Part shown: positions 1 to 10,213 of the stretch, piece by piece
How positions within the stretch are numbered: the stretch's first letter is position 1
Layout of the letters: each line of letters opens with the position of its first letter
Origin: Candidatus Lokiarchaeum ossiferum
GTDB lineage: Archaea > Asgardarchaeota > Lokiarchaeia > Sigyniarchaeales > Promethearchaeaceae
Length of the DNA stretch: 32,000 nucleotides
Direction: 5' to 3'
NCBI GenBank assembly: GCA_025839675.1
Contig: CP104013.1
Span: forward strand, 5,670,001-5,702,000
Position numbers and translations under genes: made by a program
Notes under the pieces: generated by a model
Database searches by the model: none
What the model saw: the letters and a program-made list of their open reading frames with translations, nothing else
Told to the model about the DNA's origin: nothing

Positions 1-2
1 TT

Positions 3-638
3 TTATTTGATTCCTATAATCCTGCGCGAAAAGGATGGTTTGCTATTAGGAGTGAAGTTAATAATTATCCCCATGCACCTTGGTGGAAATACGATCCAGA
101 TATAAATATGACCATTATTGATAAAAATTGGGGCAATCCAAGTGCAGAAATTCTTGCTTATCTTTTAAAGTATAAAACTCTCATTTCTCCAAATATGCAT
201 AAGATAATACCGGATTGTGTTGAAAAAGCAATAAACAATATTGTAAACAAAGTAGAATTTGGTTCCGAAAATGAAATTTTCTGTTATCTTCATTTATTTC
301 CCATCCTCGATGTTGAAGATCAAGAAACTATAAGAGCTAAGTTGAGTTTAGCGATAAATAAACTTGTTATTCTGGATGATTCTCAATGGAATCGTTATGT
401 TCCTCAACCACTTGAATTTTTTCCATCCCCTTCTAATGAGAGGTTTTCATTTCCTGAAGAGCATATTTCTCACAATCTAGATTTTCTAATTGAAAAACTC
501 TACAAATTTGGTCATTTTTCCCCTACATGGAATTTTGATTACCCATCAGATATGAAAAGTGTACCCGATGAATGGAGTGGGCAATTAACCTTGAAATACT
601 TAAAAATTTTGAAGAATTATGGTAGGATAGAATTTTAA
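3..638 (+). CDS. hypothetical protein, 5'-truncated by window edge
   Basis: Frame 3 is open from nt 3 (FDSYNPARKGWFAIRSEVNNYPHAPWWKYDPDIN then M at 108). The gene therefore probably starts left of the window, and ATG 108 is only the first in-window start. I can assign no catalytic motif. Confidence 0.6.
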   Translation, partial: LFDSYNPARKGWFAIRSEVNNYPHAPWWKYDPDINMTIIDKNWGNPSAEILAYLLKYKTLISPNMHKIIPDCVEKAINNIVNKVEFGSENEIFCYLHLFPILDVEDQETIRAKLSLAINKLVILDDSQWNRYVPQPLEFFPSPSNERFSFPEEHISHNLDFLIEKLYKFGHFSPTWNFDYPSDMKSVPDEWSGQLTLKYLKILKNYGRIEF

Positions 639-818
639 TGAATTAATCTGGCTTAAATACACAAAATTTTTTTTTTATATCATATTTTCAAACCAGGAAT
701 AAGGATAAACACTCTTATTCATTATGATGTGAATAAGATAAAACATATATAATCCGTTCTCCCATTATGATATTAATTCTTGGATAAATATCCACTCCAG
801 AAAAACAAGTTTGTTGAT

Positions 819-1394
819 TTAGAAGAATTTAGATGCCCAATTTTTGATTCCAATTAAGATGAAAAATAATCCGGTCATGACCTTTACCCAGAAAAGATTC
901 ATTTTTGATTTAATACCCCCAACATAAACTCCTATTATCGCAAAAAAGAAGTTTATAGTCGCCAATAGAATAAAAAACATAGCAATTGAAAAATCAAGTT
1001 GAGAATAGGTAATACCTATTACACCTTCATCGATACTCCCCAAGATTCCGATTAAAATTAAGATCCAAAAAGAAAAAATGTTTTTTTCTTTTAGTTTTTG
1101 CTCATTTTCTCCTTCTATGGCTTCTCTGATTATCCAAATTCCTACGAATACAAATGCAATCAATACTAGCCATGAACCGATTTTTAATAAGAGATCTGTC
1201 AAAATAATTCCAACAAACCATCCAAGGAGTGAGATAATAATCGTGGAAATAGTAAATGCTCCAGCAATACGAAGCGAAAACAACAATTTCTTAACTCTCG
1301 ATTCTTCAGTTTGCATTATTGCAATAGCGAATGCAAGCGTAAAGTCATCTATACTTAAACCTAAAACAAGAAAAATTAGTGTGAACACATCCAT
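819..1394 (-). CDS. mntP: MntP/DUF204-family putative manganese efflux membrane protein
   Basis: 191 aa with about 6 predicted TM helices. The two half-repeats each carry the S-x-D signature (LGLSIDDFTLAFAIA and GILGSIDEGVIG). The GW..G segment, the acidic central loop (EGENEQKLKEK) and the C-terminal LIGIK line up with E. coli MntP as I remember it. Confidence 0.7.
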   Translation of the reverse strand: MDVFTLIFLVLGLSIDDFTLAFAIAIMQTEESRVKKLLFSLRIAGAFTISTIIISLLGWFVGIILTDLLLKIGSWLVLIAFVFVGIWIIREAIEGENEQKLKEKNIFSFWILILIGILGSIDEGVIGITYSQLDFSIAMFFILLATINFFFAIIGVYVGGIKSKMNLFWVKVMTGLFFILIGIKNWASKFF

Positions 1395-2072
1395 TTTTTC
1401 AAATAGTGTATTTATTGCTTCTGATTATAAATTTTTGGAAATTGGCTAAAAAGAATGCAGAAGAACATTATTGAAGGGTTGTTTTATTTTATTTTTTAAT
1501 CTAAATAGAGGAATATTCACTTTTTCGATAAATTTTCCATTATTCTAAGTAAGACAAGATTGTACACAATAGTTTTGTTTTTAAACCTTCTTCTTTTTTA
1601 GTTTGGAGATAAAAATCACAAAGCTTACAATCACTTTCCCCCCATCTTTCCATCAAGTATTCCATCAACTTCTTTTTGCATTGCAGCTTGACAAATTCCA
1701 AGTTCCTTAACTTAATTTCCACCAGGTGCTCTATTGCATTTTTTAATTTCCCAACAATTCTGTTTGCTGATATATATCCTTTCTTGAAATTCGATTTAAT
1801 TTGAAACCTTTAAAAAAAAATGATTCATTCTAATAATTATTCCAATTTCTTCTATTTCAATAAATCACCAAATCCGTTTTTGAAATAAGATTGGAGATTT
1901 AGTACAATTTTTCAGCATTTTTAAAAAAGAGAATAATAAAAAATCAACTTTTAAATTCGAAAATCGCACTCATTTTTACCTTTTAAAACATTTTTATTCC
2001 AAAGCTTGCTTAAATACATAATACAGGGATTCAAATGAAAAAATGAGTAAAATATAAAGATCTGTGAGAGTA

Positions 2073-3269
2073 TTACTCATTTTGAGAAATTAGAATGGGT
2101 TCTGGAAAGAGAAAGGATTTTGCATTAGAATAAGCTATTTTCTTGAATTCACTTTCTCCAAGATATCCCCGCAAATCTAATCCAAAATTTCGTTCAGAAA
2201 ATGCAATTTGATTCATATAGTAATCAGATCCAAAAAGAATTTGTGAAGATATCCTACTTCTCAATAGTATGACTTTTAGTAAGGAATCAAATCGTCTATC
2301 CCCCCATTGAAATGATATATCGGTATATAGTGATTTATGCTTTATGAGCATCTCTCGAATATACCAGAACCAATTATTAATAACATCTTCTTGAGGAAAA
2401 GGAAACAAATATTTATCGATTTCATCTGCTCCGCCGAAATGTGCCAAACAAATCTTCAATTTTGGCCATCGTTTTAAAAGATGTAAGTAATTAAATGGAT
2501 GAGAGAAAATAGAGCAAATTTCTTTTCGAGTCATTTTTCTTAAATTCTTTGGATTTATTTTTATCCCACAAGCTTTCAACTTTTGAACATTTTCTTCAAT
2601 CCGAGCGATTAAGACTTTTTTTTTTTCTTGAGAGTTAATTATTCCTGACGAACAATGTGTTATCACAGGAATTTCATTCTTCTCAGCATAATCATATAAA
2701 TAATCAAATCGTTCATCCCAAGGAAAATACCCTAAGGGTGGGTAGAGTTTAATTCCATGAAAATTTCGTTTCTCGATCCAATATTGGACGAAGTTCTTTA
2801 GTGCAAGTTTAATATTTATATTGGAAGTATTTTCGATAGTTTCACCATTTTCTTTAAGAAATTCTCGCCTTCTTGGATCAACACAGAGAAATGGTAGAAC
2901 TAAATCCTTATAATCTTTTTTTAAATTGATCAATTTTTTGAGTTGAACGTGATATTTCTGAATGGGTTTTCCTGCTCCCATTGCAGCTAGATCCATAGAA
3001 AGAACAACAAAAGAAGTTCCAGGGGCATAAAACTTGATTGCATGTTCAAATATCTTCCGAGAAGATAATCCTCCTATTTCTATAAATCTCGCAATTCTTT
3101 CTCTCTGATCGAGTCTGGATTTCTTTTTTTGAGACCATCTATTGATTAGACGATCAAACCTTTTATTTTGGTAGATTATTCGTGCAATCCCTCCAAATAA
3201 TTTCCTTGGGACACATGCTGTTTCAAAAATATGGATGTGACAATTATATATAGAATAATGATTAGACAT
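2073..3269 (-). CDS. metal-dependent amidohydrolase-fold (TIM barrel, Amidohydro_2-like) protein
   Basis: 398 aa. It has an N-terminal H-x-H (YNCHIHIF), then ITHCSSG, CLAHFGG and FGSDYY, in the order expected for amidohydrolase-superfamily metal ligands. Confidence 0.65.
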   Translation of the reverse strand: MSNHYSIYNCHIHIFETACVPRKLFGGIARIIYQNKRFDRLINRWSQKKKSRLDQRERIARFIEIGGLSSRKIFEHAIKFYAPGTSFVVLSMDLAAMGAGKPIQKYHVQLKKLINLKKDYKDLVLPFLCVDPRRREFLKENGETIENTSNINIKLALKNFVQYWIEKRNFHGIKLYPPLGYFPWDERFDYLYDYAEKNEIPVITHCSSGIINSQEKKKVLIARIEENVQKLKACGIKINPKNLRKMTRKEICSIFSHPFNYLHLLKRWPKLKICLAHFGGADEIDKYLFPFPQEDVINNWFWYIREMLIKHKSLYTDISFQWGDRRFDSLLKVILLRSRISSQILFGSDYYMNQIAFSERNFGLDLRGYLGESEFKKIAYSNAKSFLFPEPILISQNE

Positions 3270-3562
3270 ATTTCTAGATCTATATGGGATTTCAATGCTT
3301 TTTAATCCATATCTTAAATCTAATGAATAATAATTCTATTTTTAACTGATATCATCTAGGATTTAAATTTTTGTTAATATTTTGAAAAAAAAGGTGTGGA
3401 AATATCAACCAAATCTGTTTCCTATGAAACTTGTCAATTTTGATTTTTTTTCAGTTACAAAAAAAAAGAGGTGAAGAAAGAAATTTACGTCTCTTTCATT
3501 TCATTATCGACACCTAATTCTTTTTCACAAAATTTAAGGATGTATAAATCTATGTAAAGTGC

Positions 3563-4150
3563 ATGGTTTTGATTTTTCTTATTGGACCTCCTGCTGTCGG
3601 TAAAATGGCCGTTGGACAGGCCTTGGCTCGTTTGACTGGCTTTAAATTGTTCATTAATCATGATACCATTGAACTTATCCTCAAATTCTTTAATTACGGA
3701 ACTCCGAGTTTTAAGAAGTTAGATTACCAATTTAGGATGAGCATCTTTGAAGAAGTTGCAAAGTCGGATCTTTCAGGATTAATTTTTACCTACGTAACTG
3801 CGTTGGATGAGCAATCACGTGAAGCAGAAAAGGTGTATTTGGAAGAAATAACTCATATTTTCACATCTCAAAATCGGAAAGTTTATTATGTGGAATTAGA
3901 AGCTACCCTTGAGGAACGTCTTCGGAGGAACAAGCGCTCTTCTCGCCTTAAAGCAAAACCTTCAAAGAAAAATATTCCTGAATCTGAGAAACGCCTTATT
4001 CAAATGAACAATAAATATATATTAAATTCAAGCAGTGAAAACCCTTTTCATTTCTCTCAGAACTTTTTAAAAATTAATAACACCAATCTTTCAGCCGAAG
4101 AAGTGGCTCAAAAGATTCATAATTACTTTGGTTTATCGAACAAAACCTAA
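3563..4150 (+). CDS. P-loop NTPase, small kinase-like (AAA_33 / shikimate-kinase-like) protein
   Basis: 195 aa with a Walker A at the extreme N terminus (LIGPPAVGKMAVGQALA). The size and the K/R-rich lid-like segment (RLRRNKRSSRLKAKPSKK) are typical of small nucleotide/metabolite kinases. The substrate cannot be inferred. Confidence 0.6.
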   Translation: MVLIFLIGPPAVGKMAVGQALARLTGFKLFINHDTIELILKFFNYGTPSFKKLDYQFRMSIFEEVAKSDLSGLIFTYVTALDEQSREAEKVYLEEITHIFTSQNRKVYYVELEATLEERLRRNKRSSRLKAKPSKKNIPESEKRLIQMNNKYILNSSSENPFHFSQNFLKINNTNLSAEEVAQKIHNYFGLSNKT

Positions 4151-4300
4151 AAATCACTATGTCTTTTTTGTTTTATTTCGAAAGATTTACAGAAAATTCT
4201 TCTATCTCTCAAATAGCTATTTTACTAAAAAAAAGGGAGAAAAAACAATAAGTTTTAGTTAAATAGTATATTTAAATAATTAGGTAGGAAGATAAATTGG

Positions 4301-4351
4301 GTTTCGATTCGATTTTTGTTTTTATCAATTTGTTTTTGACGAAGTCGAAAC
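4301..4351 (+). promoter_or_regulatory. imperfect 11-bp inverted repeat (stem-loop) in the presumed csp 5' leader
   Basis: GTTTCGATTCG (4301-4311) pairs with CGAAGTCGAAAC (4340-4351) leaving one bulged C. The loop is U-rich and 28 nt long, and an A10 run follows before the ATG at 4376. Confidence 0.35.
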
Positions 4352-4375
4352 AAAAAAAAAAATAAGTGAATTAAT

Positions 4376-4630
4376 ATGGCAACAGGTTCTGTTAAATGGT
4401 TCAATAGCTCTAAAGGCTTTGGTTTTATAACTCCTGACGAAGGAGATAAAGATGTATTTGTACACCACAGTGCAATTGTGGTAGAAGGCGATGCTTTCGC
4501 TAGTTTAAATGAAAATGATAAAGTAACTTTCGATTCCGTGCAAGGCGAAAAAGGAATGGAAGCTAAAAATGTCGTCGTAACTGAAGCTGCCCCTTTTCAA
4601 CAACGAGAACGACGAAGTAATCGTTATTAA
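4376..4630 (+). CDS. csp: cold-shock domain protein (CspA family) with basic C-terminal tail
   Basis: [31 protein letters not shown] carries the RNP1 (KGFGFI) and RNP2 (VFVHH) motifs. The 84-aa length includes the tail [10 protein letters not shown]. Confidence 0.92.
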   Translation: MATGSVKWFNSSKGFGFITPDEGDKDVFVHHSAIVVEGDAFASLNENDKVTFDSVQGEKGMEAKNVVVTEAAPFQQRERRSNRY

Positions 4631-4670
4631 AACGTAAAATTTCTTTAAACTTTCGTTATTTTTTATTTTT
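4631..4670 (+). terminator. weak hairpin plus T-rich tract after csp
   Basis: AACG(T)AAA...TTTCGTT could form a short bulged stem directly after the stop codon. It is followed by ATTTTTTATTTTT. The stem is weak, and the T-run alone could act as an archaeal-type terminator. Confidence 0.3.
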
Positions 4671-5129
4671 AGTAATTTCTTTTATTTTCTTTAGTCATTT
4701 ATGGATAGAACTTCTATTTTCCCTAGCTGTAAATCGATATGATTCGGTAATATAGAGTGAACATCCGTCCAAGCCATGCATTATGATATTGTATAAATAA
4801 GCAAAATAATTGGCAAGTTTAATATTCCACCCTTCAATTTTTTAGAATAGTCTTACATCCTCATTGTTTTTGACTTTTTGAGGGTCTCCTTCTACTCTGT
4901 GAATTTTTTTCCTGAAATATCAAACCCTAAGACCAAATCGTTTCAAAGTTCAATGATTTCTCATATTGGCACATAAATCCTCAATATGTGAAATGATTCT
5001 AACCAAAATAGCGATTTTATTAATCAATATAATAGAATTGGGTGATTTAGTCACAAAACGTTTATATACTCATGTTAATATACCATTGTTGGTCTATATT
5101 ATTTGGATGAAAATTAAAATGGTGATTGT

Positions 5130-5906
5130 ATGACAGAAAAAGAGAGCGTAGAAGGTAATATACCTGAAATTCAAGATATTTCAACCTTAAAACTGCTAAT
5201 TTCGAATCCAAAGGCGGTTCAAAAGGAAAAAAATCTTGCCTGTCAGAAGTTGATGAAAATTAATACCCCCGAAGCTAAATCCATTTTGGTTGATTATTTT
5301 ATCAAAAGTATCAAGCTGTTAAAGAAAAAAGAAGCAAGTCGCGATGTTGATAAAAGACGTGACAATTACTTCATTGATTTAATGAAAACCGGAACCAAAA
5401 AAGCGGCCGAATACATTTATAAAAATAAAAGACTATCTTTATTTGAATCAGAAAAAAATTTTGCATATTTGGATGATAAAGCTCAAGAAATTATCATTCA
5501 GAAATTCATGAAAGAATATTATGGAAAGAAACCATATCTCCCTCCTTCCTTGTTTAATTATTGCGAAAAAACAGATTTTAAATCACGTAAACAAGTATTA
5601 CAAGCCCTCGCGGATGGTTTTCTCAAGAAAAAGTATATTCAATCAAAAAGCCCTGAGTTTAAATATATTTTAAAATATCTTAATGATGAGGATTTTTCAT
5701 TCAAGCAGGAAGTTTTAAAAAAAATGAAATCCTGGCTCGTTCATGAAGTTTTAGCCCTAAATATTGACAAAGCTATTGGCTTAATCAACCCCAATGATAA
5801 AGCTCTATTTGAAACTTTACAATATCTCTATCAGAAAACCGACTTTAAAGACAATCTCGCAATAAAAGAAAAATGGACTTTACTTCTAGAGAAATTTGCA
5901 ACATAG
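5130..5906 (+). CDS. hypothetical Lys/Glu-rich helical protein
   Basis: 258-aa ORF. GGTGA sits 4 nt upstream of the ATG and is one of the few SD-like elements in the window. No recognisable domain. Confidence 0.55.
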   Translation: MTEKESVEGNIPEIQDISTLKLLISNPKAVQKEKNLACQKLMKINTPEAKSILVDYFIKSIKLLKKKEASRDVDKRRDNYFIDLMKTGTKKAAEYIYKNKRLSLFESEKNFAYLDDKAQEIIIQKFMKEYYGKKPYLPPSLFNYCEKTDFKSRKQVLQALADGFLKKKYIQSKSPEFKYILKYLNDEDFSFKQEVLKKMKSWLVHEVLALNIDKAIGLINPNDKALFETLQYLYQKTDFKDNLAIKEKWTLLLEKFAT

Positions 5907-6516
5907 TTTCAATACAAATCAATTCTAACTTTTTTCTCTTCATTGATTTCAAATAGATGCTGATTTCTTTTAATTTGTCAGTCAGTAGGCTATTTTCCCA
6001 CTATTTTTTGAGAAATGCTTAGATACATTTTCGTTCTGATTCAACATTCCAACTAAGATATTGATTAACAAAGATCCATGGAAGATACTTGACCTAGATA
6101 CTTCCTAATCCCGCTCCAAGGGAATCAAGGTGCATTACGAACAGGGATGACAAGCCTTTTTTTGATATAAGCGGTGGTAGGATCACATAAAGTTACTATT
6201 GTTCTCCAGAATCTTCAGAATTGGCAAAAATGAAATATTAACCGCAATTACATTTTTATCGGGAGTCTATTAAGCTTTTATCTTAAGCAAGCAGTAGAAA
6301 CATCCTTGGGGAATGGATGCCTAAGCATGCCTTTGATATCATCTGTTTCTTTTATATTTTTTATGATAAATCCATTTTAAGGCAAAAGAAAGGGAAAAAT
6401 CAAATCTTGAAATATTTATCTCGATATAAACGCGTTGTAGGTGTTAGGAAAAAAGGTTAAAAAAATAAACAATTAAAGTAAAACCAATAATTAACTGGAA
6501 TATTTGGGTAAGATTA

Positions 6517-8991
6517 CTATTTTTTGATTTTACTCAATTTTGAAATTAAGACAACTATGGGTAATGCAATTGTTGCCATCCAAACTGAAAAGGGTGCAAT
6601 ATTTTCTGAGATGGCGTTAATTGGTGATGGTATGAACACTTTTGCACCATCAACCCAGTAATTTATCACTCGATAGCGAACTCCATTGGTTCGATTCACA
6701 TCATATACAAATAATCCAAATGAGTAATTTAAATCTGACCAAGTATCAGCGTTTTCAATATCCCCAATACTTCCTTCAAATTTGGTTGAATTTCCATATG
6801 TTACCGTGAACCCGGTAGTTTCACTGCTTCCTGTTGATTGCTGATAACCATTTCCCATAACCAATCCGAAATTTGTCGTTTCAGACGAATGTGTTCTAGA
6901 CATTCCTGATCCCATTTGTGCTGAAATATCAATTGAAATTGTATTTTGTGCTGTTCCTTGCCCCACAGTTTGTGTTGTAGAATGCCAATTTGTAGGTGCA
7001 ATGCTCCCCACATCTGATATTGGATGATAGGTCCATGGTTGGCCAATTGTGTGGTTAAATGTTTCAGAACCTATTTGCGTTGCATTGGGGTAAGCTCTAT
7101 TAAACCAACTGGCCGTTGCTTTATAAATAAGAGGTAATTGGGGTATCCCAATACAAACAAATGCACCAACTAAGGTTGCATTTGCAGGATAGGTGGTAAT
7201 TTCATATTCATAATTTTTGTAAGTTGTCACTTGAAATATCACTGCATTATCAGTTGCGCCGGAAGCATACCCTGAAGAAACGGCCACAACTTCTGTGACA
7301 GTTTGTGTTTCAGCAAGAGCTTCTTTTACTAGACTATTTGTTCCTAATTCGACTCCCAATTGCGAAACTTTAAAACCTGTTAGTGCACTAGCGGAAGTTT
7401 CGACAGTGTTCTCAGATGATGATCCATATGACGTTTTATCCCCATATGATGTAAAACTATGTTCTAAATTCTGAGAGATTCCATTATAAGTGGGAGGGGC
7501 GGCCATCACCATCATAATACCTGGGGGTGTTTTTTCTTCCCAATTCACCCCCGTATAATTTAAAACTGCTCCATCACCATCAAAATCACCACAAACTACT
7601 AATGGCCAATCATCTGAAACGTGTTCAGTATCCGAATACAATGTTCCAAACGGAATTGATGAATTTGCATCATCTAATACTGTAAATGAAGCAAAACTTC
7701 CAATAACTATTTCATCCCGACCATCACAATCGATATCACCTGCATCAAGTGATCCTTTGTTGAAATAGGGAACATCACCCGAGAAAAATAGTTCTGCAAA
7801 TCCTGATCGTTGATCATCAAGAACCTTGATATATCTGTCCCGCTGATCACCTCCTTTGAATAAAATAATTTCTTCCATTGGATCCGAATCAATATTTGCT
7901 CCGATGATGTTGCCAAATCCTGGCATGGCGTAAGTAGTTTTTTCATAAGAAGGAAAATGGAGCGCATCCTCAAATATGATAAAGTTATTTGAATCAGAAA
8001 CAACAATGATTTCATCACGTTGGTCTCCATCAATATCAATCAATGCTAGGTCTGAGCCGGAAAAGAGAATCCATTGCTCCACTCCAGGTAAACCAATATA
8101 TCTTAATTCCATAAATGGTGTGGGTGCAATCGCATCATCATAAATCCATATGTAATGATTTCCTCCTATTATAACTGTTTCATCTGCTCCGTCGCCATCC
8201 ACATCTCCTGTATCTATTTGAGGGCTAAAAGCAAATGCCAAATCTCCTAAATCCCCATCATTCCAGACTAGAGAGTTCATAAATCTATCCTCTGCGATAT
8301 CATACCAAGTAAGGTTGAAGAAGTCATGAGTGCCACTTTGCCAGGCTTGCAAACGAGCAAATTCATCAATACCGTCATTATCAAAATCTCCAACTGCCAA
8401 TTTACTTCCTCCGTTGGGTTGATCCACAAAGGAATATTGCCAAGAAATGATATAACTATTGTTTATATTCTTAATAAGAATAACAGTTGAATTTGAAAGG
8501 CCCATCAGAATTTCGTCAGCACTATCATTATCAAAATTTCCAGAAACACAATCTTCAATTACAAATCCAGAACCGTACTCTTTTACCTCCGCAAAATTGC
8601 TCATATTATCATTCAGAATCCAACCTTGTGCAATAGATGAATAGGAAGGGAAGATGGCAATTTCGTCTAGGGGCATAAAAAGTGTAGATTCTCCTCCAAG
8701 AGGATTAGAATAGTCTGAAGCTACTGGTTTTGAAGATTTTGAATGGTAGTTTGCAATTTCTTCTCCTTGATCGCCCCCTCGATATACAATATATGTAGAA
8801 TTGAGCAAAACCGATTCGGGAGTGCAGTCTAAATTAAATTCTCTTTGGTTATCAAATGATTCATCAGATAATGCTTGTGAAATTCCAAACAGATAATTGG
8901 TTGTGCTAAACACTAACATAATTGCTAGTATTATCGAGATCGACTTTCTATTAAATCTTGAGTTATTCACATTTTTTCCTTGATTACTCAC
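6517..8991 (-). CDS. membrane-anchored FG-GAP/VCBS-repeat (integrin-alpha-like beta-propeller) surface protein
   Basis: 824 aa with an N-terminal signal anchor (ISIILAIMLVFSTTNYLFG). It has at least 7 Ca-binding D-x-D-x-D-G-type repeats (GNFDNDSADE, GDFDNDGIDE, GDVDGDGADE, IDIDGDQRDE, ANIDSDPMEE, GDIDCDGRDE, GDFDGDGA). These are followed by ~330 aa of Ser/Thr/Gly-rich beta-type sequence and a C-terminal TM helix with a basic tail (IALPIVVLISKLSKIKK). GTG start. Confidence 0.85.
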   Translation of the reverse strand: MSNQGKNVNNSRFNRKSISIILAIMLVFSTTNYLFGISQALSDESFDNQREFNLDCTPESVLLNSTYIVYRGGDQGEEIANYHSKSSKPVASDYSNPLGGESTLFMPLDEIAIFPSYSSIAQGWILNDNMSNFAEVKEYGSGFVIEDCVSGNFDNDSADEILMGLSNSTVILIKNINNSYIISWQYSFVDQPNGGSKLAVGDFDNDGIDEFARLQAWQSGTHDFFNLTWYDIAEDRFMNSLVWNDGDLGDLAFAFSPQIDTGDVDGDGADETVIIGGNHYIWIYDDAIAPTPFMELRYIGLPGVEQWILFSGSDLALIDIDGDQRDEIIVVSDSNNFIIFEDALHFPSYEKTTYAMPGFGNIIGANIDSDPMEEIILFKGGDQRDRYIKVLDDQRSGFAELFFSGDVPYFNKGSLDAGDIDCDGRDEIVIGSFASFTVLDDANSSIPFGTLYSDTEHVSDDWPLVVCGDFDGDGAVLNYTGVNWEEKTPPGIMMVMAAPPTYNGISQNLEHSFTSYGDKTSYGSSSENTVETSASALTGFKVSQLGVELGTNSLVKEALAETQTVTEVVAVSSGYASGATDNAVIFQVTTYKNYEYEITTYPANATLVGAFVCIGIPQLPLIYKATASWFNRAYPNATQIGSETFNHTIGQPWTYHPISDVGSIAPTNWHSTTQTVGQGTAQNTISIDISAQMGSGMSRTHSSETTNFGLVMGNGYQQSTGSSETTGFTVTYGNSTKFEGSIGDIENADTWSDLNYSFGLFVYDVNRTNGVRYRVINYWVDGAKVFIPSPINAISENIAPFSVWMATIALPIVVLISKLSKIKK

Positions 8992-9539
8992 TTTTTTGCC
9001 CTCCTTTTAGATTTTGGTACTCCCAGTGCCATGATATATGTTCCAGCTGCACAAAAATAAAAACCCATCCATAATCCGATGGAATAAGTTCCAGTTTCAA
9101 GTGTTTTATTATAGGTAAAAAGAGCTGATAGTTCGTTTCCTTGGAAAATAAAATTATTTTTGTCAATAATTTGCATGATCAAGTAAATTGATAGTGGAAC
9201 CGTAATCATTCCTATTGTGCTTCCGATTAATGCGAGTAAACGATTGTTTAGAATACTACTGACAATCCCCAGTACACTCACAATTAAAAACAATAAATAT
9301 ATTAGCAGTGCTAATGTTTCCGAATAACTGTATTCTTGGAGGCCCGTTAAATGTGTAGTAATACTATTGAACGGTTGAATGAATATGCTACCCTCAATTA
9401 TTGTAGGTACATTTCCTTCAAATTTCCAGAATGCAAAGAATTTTGTGAAGAATCCTCCTACGATTGCCACTAAAATTAGTACAGAGCCAAAAGCACATAC
9501 TAAATTAATGTTTGTTTTATTTGATTTCTTCTTTTTCAT
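8988..9539 (-). CDS. polytopic membrane protein (about 5 TM), co-operonic with the FG-GAP protein
   Basis: 183 aa with hydrophobic segments throughout. Its TGA overlaps the GTG start of the downstream FG-GAP gene (GTGA, 8988-8991), which suggests translational coupling. Confidence 0.7.
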   Translation of the reverse strand: MKKKKSNKTNINLVCAFGSVLILVAIVGGFFTKFFAFWKFEGNVPTIIEGSIFIQPFNSITTHLTGLQEYSYSETLALLIYLLFLIVSVLGIVSSILNNRLLALIGSTIGMITVPLSIYLIMQIIDKNNFIFQGNELSALFTYNKTLETGTYSIGLWMGFYFCAAGTYIMALGVPKSKRRAKK

Positions 9540-9805
9540 TGTAAAAACCTTGATGATCTCAAATGTTAACTAAAATAAAAGCAATTTTGTTTTTGATATG
9601 AAATAATAAATGAGCCATGCACAAACAAGGAAAAAGGTAAAATACCTCCAGAGGAATTAAAATTTGATGAAACAGATCTATTTATTCTTAGACAAATATG
9701 TTTTCACTATTTGTTTTATGTCATCTATGAGAAATTGGTAAAAATGGATTTTTATAATTGTTGGACGAATTCTGAAACTTTCTGCTGAATTCCTACTTAA
9801 TTTTA

Positions 9806-10155
9806 TTATATTTTTAAAATAATTGCCATTTCTTTCCCAAACCGGTCTCGATAATCATAAAATCCCATTTTTGAATAAAATTTATGTGTCGCTACATTTT
9901 TAGGTTGATATCCAACCGCGATACGAGTACATTCAGGTAAAGTCGTCATTAGATCGATGAGTTTTTTTAGTGCAATTACTCCCAATCCCTTTCGTTGATA
10001 TTTTTTATCTATCATTATCCGATAAATCCAATAACTGTCTAATTCTTCCTTGATTGAATTAAACATGGCAAATCCGATCATATTGTAATCTGAATTGATT
10101 GCAAAGGGCTTTAATGTGGGTTCAAATTTGGATTGGAGGATTGAAATGGCATCGA
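9806..10155 (-). pseudogene. GNAT N-acetyltransferase (diamine/spermidine-acetyltransferase-like), C-terminal ~116 codons, 5'-truncated
   Basis: The acetyl-CoA motif A is present (YRIMIDKKYQRKGLGVIALKKLI) with GYQPKNVATHKFYSKMGF downstream. The frame stays open upstream of the track's ATG (VDAISILQSKFEPTLKPFAINSDYN-MIGFAMF) and ends at a TGA at 10156-10158, where repeat R_A1 begins. About 40 N-terminal residues are missing. Confidence 0.8.
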
Positions 10156-10157
10156 CT

Positions 10158-10205
10158 CAATGTCGCATTTCTTTCGCTTTTCACAATAATAATAGAAAAT
10201 GGAAA
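10158..10205. repeat. direct repeat R_A, copy 1
   Basis: AATGTCGCATTTCTTTCGCTTTTCACAATAATA is identical over 33 nt to 12072-12104. About 14 further nt are similar (..GAAAATGGAA..). Confidence 0.9.
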
Positions 10206-10213
10206 ATAAAGTC

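Noticed and set aside
1078-1449. 123-aa ORF antisense to the MntP-like gene
   Set aside because: It overlaps the well-supported membrane-protein gene almost completely, and its translation looks like antisense noise.
1395-1540. yybP-ykoY type Mn riboswitch upstream of the MntP-like gene
   Set aside because: The leader is extremely AT-rich, with none of the conserved G-rich helices expected of that riboswitch.
1540-1722. 60-aa minus-strand ORF
   Set aside because: It has a GTG start, no motifs and no upstream signal, and sits isolated in a 680-nt AT-rich spacer, so the support is insufficient.
5907-6516. 610-nt ORF-free, locally GC-richer spacer as a possible ncRNA or tRNA locus
   Set aside because: I found only short hairpins (TCCC-GCTCCAA-GGGA, GGAAG...CTTCC) and an 8-nt direct repeat (AGATACTT x2). 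There is no tRNA cloverleaf, T-loop, or convincing C/D-box arrangement.
6801-8644. Track ORFs 6801-7046(-), 7707-8039(-) and 8459-8644(+) inside the FG-GAP gene
   Set aside because: They lie entirely within a long, motif-rich CDS in other frames or on the other strand. Their translations are low-complexity with no motifs, so they are shadow ORFs.
8984-9573. ORFs 8984-9166(-) and 9379-9573(+) overlapping the 183-aa membrane-protein gene
   Set aside because: They are alternate-frame or antisense overlaps of a coherent 5-TM ORF that is translationally coupled to its neighbour.
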